Of a DNA stretch of 24,000 bases, positions 23,203-24,000 are shown piece by piece (position 1 is the first letter of the stretch; each line of letters begins with the position of its first letter). The position numbers and the translations under genes are program-made. Source of the DNA: Acidaminobacteraceae bacterium (GTDB lineage: Bacteria > Bacillota > Clostridia > Peptostreptococcales > Acidaminobacteraceae); NCBI GenBank assembly GCA_041741755.1, contig JBGSJR010000007.1:89954-113953 (forward strand). Direction: 5' to 3'. The notes below the pieces were generated by a model. That model ran no database searches. It had not been told where the DNA came from and saw only the letters and a program-made list of their open reading frames with translations.

Positions 23203-24000
23203 TTAAATATTATTTTGTTTTATCTTTCTTATAAGCATCACAGACCCTATAACGACAATCACTATCGACACGATGATCAAAAGGTTAACTATAAAATTAT
23301 TTGATTCTTTATTGACATCAGTTATTAAACGGCTCGGAGATTCTTCCAAAATAAGTGAGGAACTTCCGGGCATTACATATGAACCACCCACGATATAAGT
23401 CCCATTAAAGGCATCGGCGAACTGCTCATTTGCCAAAACTCTATAGGCACCATCAGGTAGCACAACTTCCTGTGATTCTAGACTGCCATTGAAAAACACA
23501 TACATATCTAAGGCGTTTTCTTTATTGGCTTTCGCATCAATCATGTAGCCGATCATTTGTTTAGGTAGTTTTATTAAAGAGGCATCACCTTCGCTAAAAA
23601 ATGTTAAATGCGTTTCAATCTCTTCTTGTGTTTCCATTCTAAATGCAGAGTAAGTTTTTCTGATCGAAATAAGTCCTTTATAGTAGTTATAGACATCCAG
23701 ATTTGAATCTTTTAGATTCCAATCAATGGCATTCACCGAATCTGGTGATTTATAACTGTTATCATCGCCTCCCTTTGTCCGTAAGAAGTCGACTCCAAGA
23801 TGTAAAAACGGCATACCTTGAGAAGTCAATACGATGGCATTGGCTAGCTTTTGCATGGCAACTCTTTGATCTTCTGCAGTTTCTGGTTGCGTCGCCTTTA
23901 TTTTGTCCCACAAGGTTAAATTGTCATGTGCAGATACATAGTTTACTGATTGTGACGGGTTTATTGCCCATGGTTTTTTTGAATAATTGACGAGGTTATA
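23203..24000 (-). CDS. pulA: Type I pullulanase (GH13), C-terminal part with C-terminal TM anchor (5' end outside the window)
   Basis: The frame stays open from 23913 to the window edge. My translation of 24000-23914 is YNLVNYSKKPWAINPSQSVNYVSAHDNLT, and the listed ORF then begins WDK. The result contains the GH13 pullulanase motif YVSAHDN.TLWDK. It is followed by QGMPFLHLGVDFLRTKGGDDNSY. The protein ends with the hydrophobic helix FIVNLLIIVSIVIVVIGSVMLI plus RKIKQNN. Confidence 0.85.
   Translation of the reverse strand, partial: YNLVNYSKKPWAINPSQSVNYVSAHDNLTLWDKIKATQPETAEDQRVAMQKLANAIVLTSQGMPFLHLGVDFLRTKGGDDNSYKSPDSVNAIDWNLKDSNLDVYNYYKGLISIRKTYSAFRMETQEEIETHLTFFSEGDASLIKLPKQMIGYMIDAKANKENALDMYVFFNGSLESQEVVLPDGAYRVLANEQFADAFNGTYIVGGSYVMPGSSSLILEESPSRLITDVNKESNNFIVNLLIIVSIVIVVIGSVMLIRKIKQNNI

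Noticed and set aside
1-24000. Search for CRISPR arrays, tRNA/rRNA genes, IS/transposase or integrase genes, toxin-antitoxin pairs and known defence-system enzymes (nucleases, helicases, STAND/AAA ATPases, reverse transcriptases)
   Set aside because: No ORF in any frame shows such motifs, and no spaced direct-repeat array or terminal inverted repeats were seen. The window looks like ordinary chromosomal backbone, with novelty confined to regulatory repeats and poorly characterised membrane or surface proteins.

Overview
AT-rich chromosomal segment with Bacillota/Mollicutes-style expression signals: GGAGG-type RBSs, sigma-A-like -35/-10 boxes and hairpin plus T-run terminators. I call 21 protein genes. 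Two are cut by the window edges, and one is a 51-aa sORF missing from the ORF track. There is also one cobalamin riboswitch. Gene order: MATE exporter 3' end; SDR oxidoreductase; pyruvate carboxylase; OYE-type NADPH dehydrogenase plus flavodoxin-like protein; DUF3810 HExxH membrane protein plus GNAT acetyltransferase; M42 aminopeptidase; DMT/EamA transporter with a very His-rich tail; CNNM/CorC transporter; a small basic sORF; DUF4097 lipoprotein, divergent from a C39-like cysteine-peptidase lipoprotein; PF06541-type membrane protein plus M55 D-aminopeptidase; B12 riboswitch, then DUF4430, then a small 6-TM S-component-like protein; stand-alone B3/4-domain protein, divergent from an NhaC-family transporter; MenA-like UbiA prenyltransferase plus membrane PAS-GGDEF protein (GSDEF variant); YitT-family protein; pullulanase 3' end with a C-terminal TM anchor. 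Seven ORF-track starts looked like upstream extensions and were moved to the Met that has a proper RBS. I found no rRNA, tRNA, CRISPR, IS/transposase, integrase, phage or recognisable defence genes, so this reads as core or accessory metabolism and transport, not a mobile island. The most unusual signals are non-coding or architectural. These are three perfect 14-bp tandem repeats plus two 11-bp direct repeats at the pyc promoter/5'UTR; a 15-nt motif (AATTATGSAATTTCC) recurring in three intergenic regions; the riboswitch-controlled DUF4430 module; the His-rich DMT tail beside CorC; and the unannotated sORF with a perfect 8-3-8 palindrome. All functional calls come from reading motifs by eye, with no database search run.
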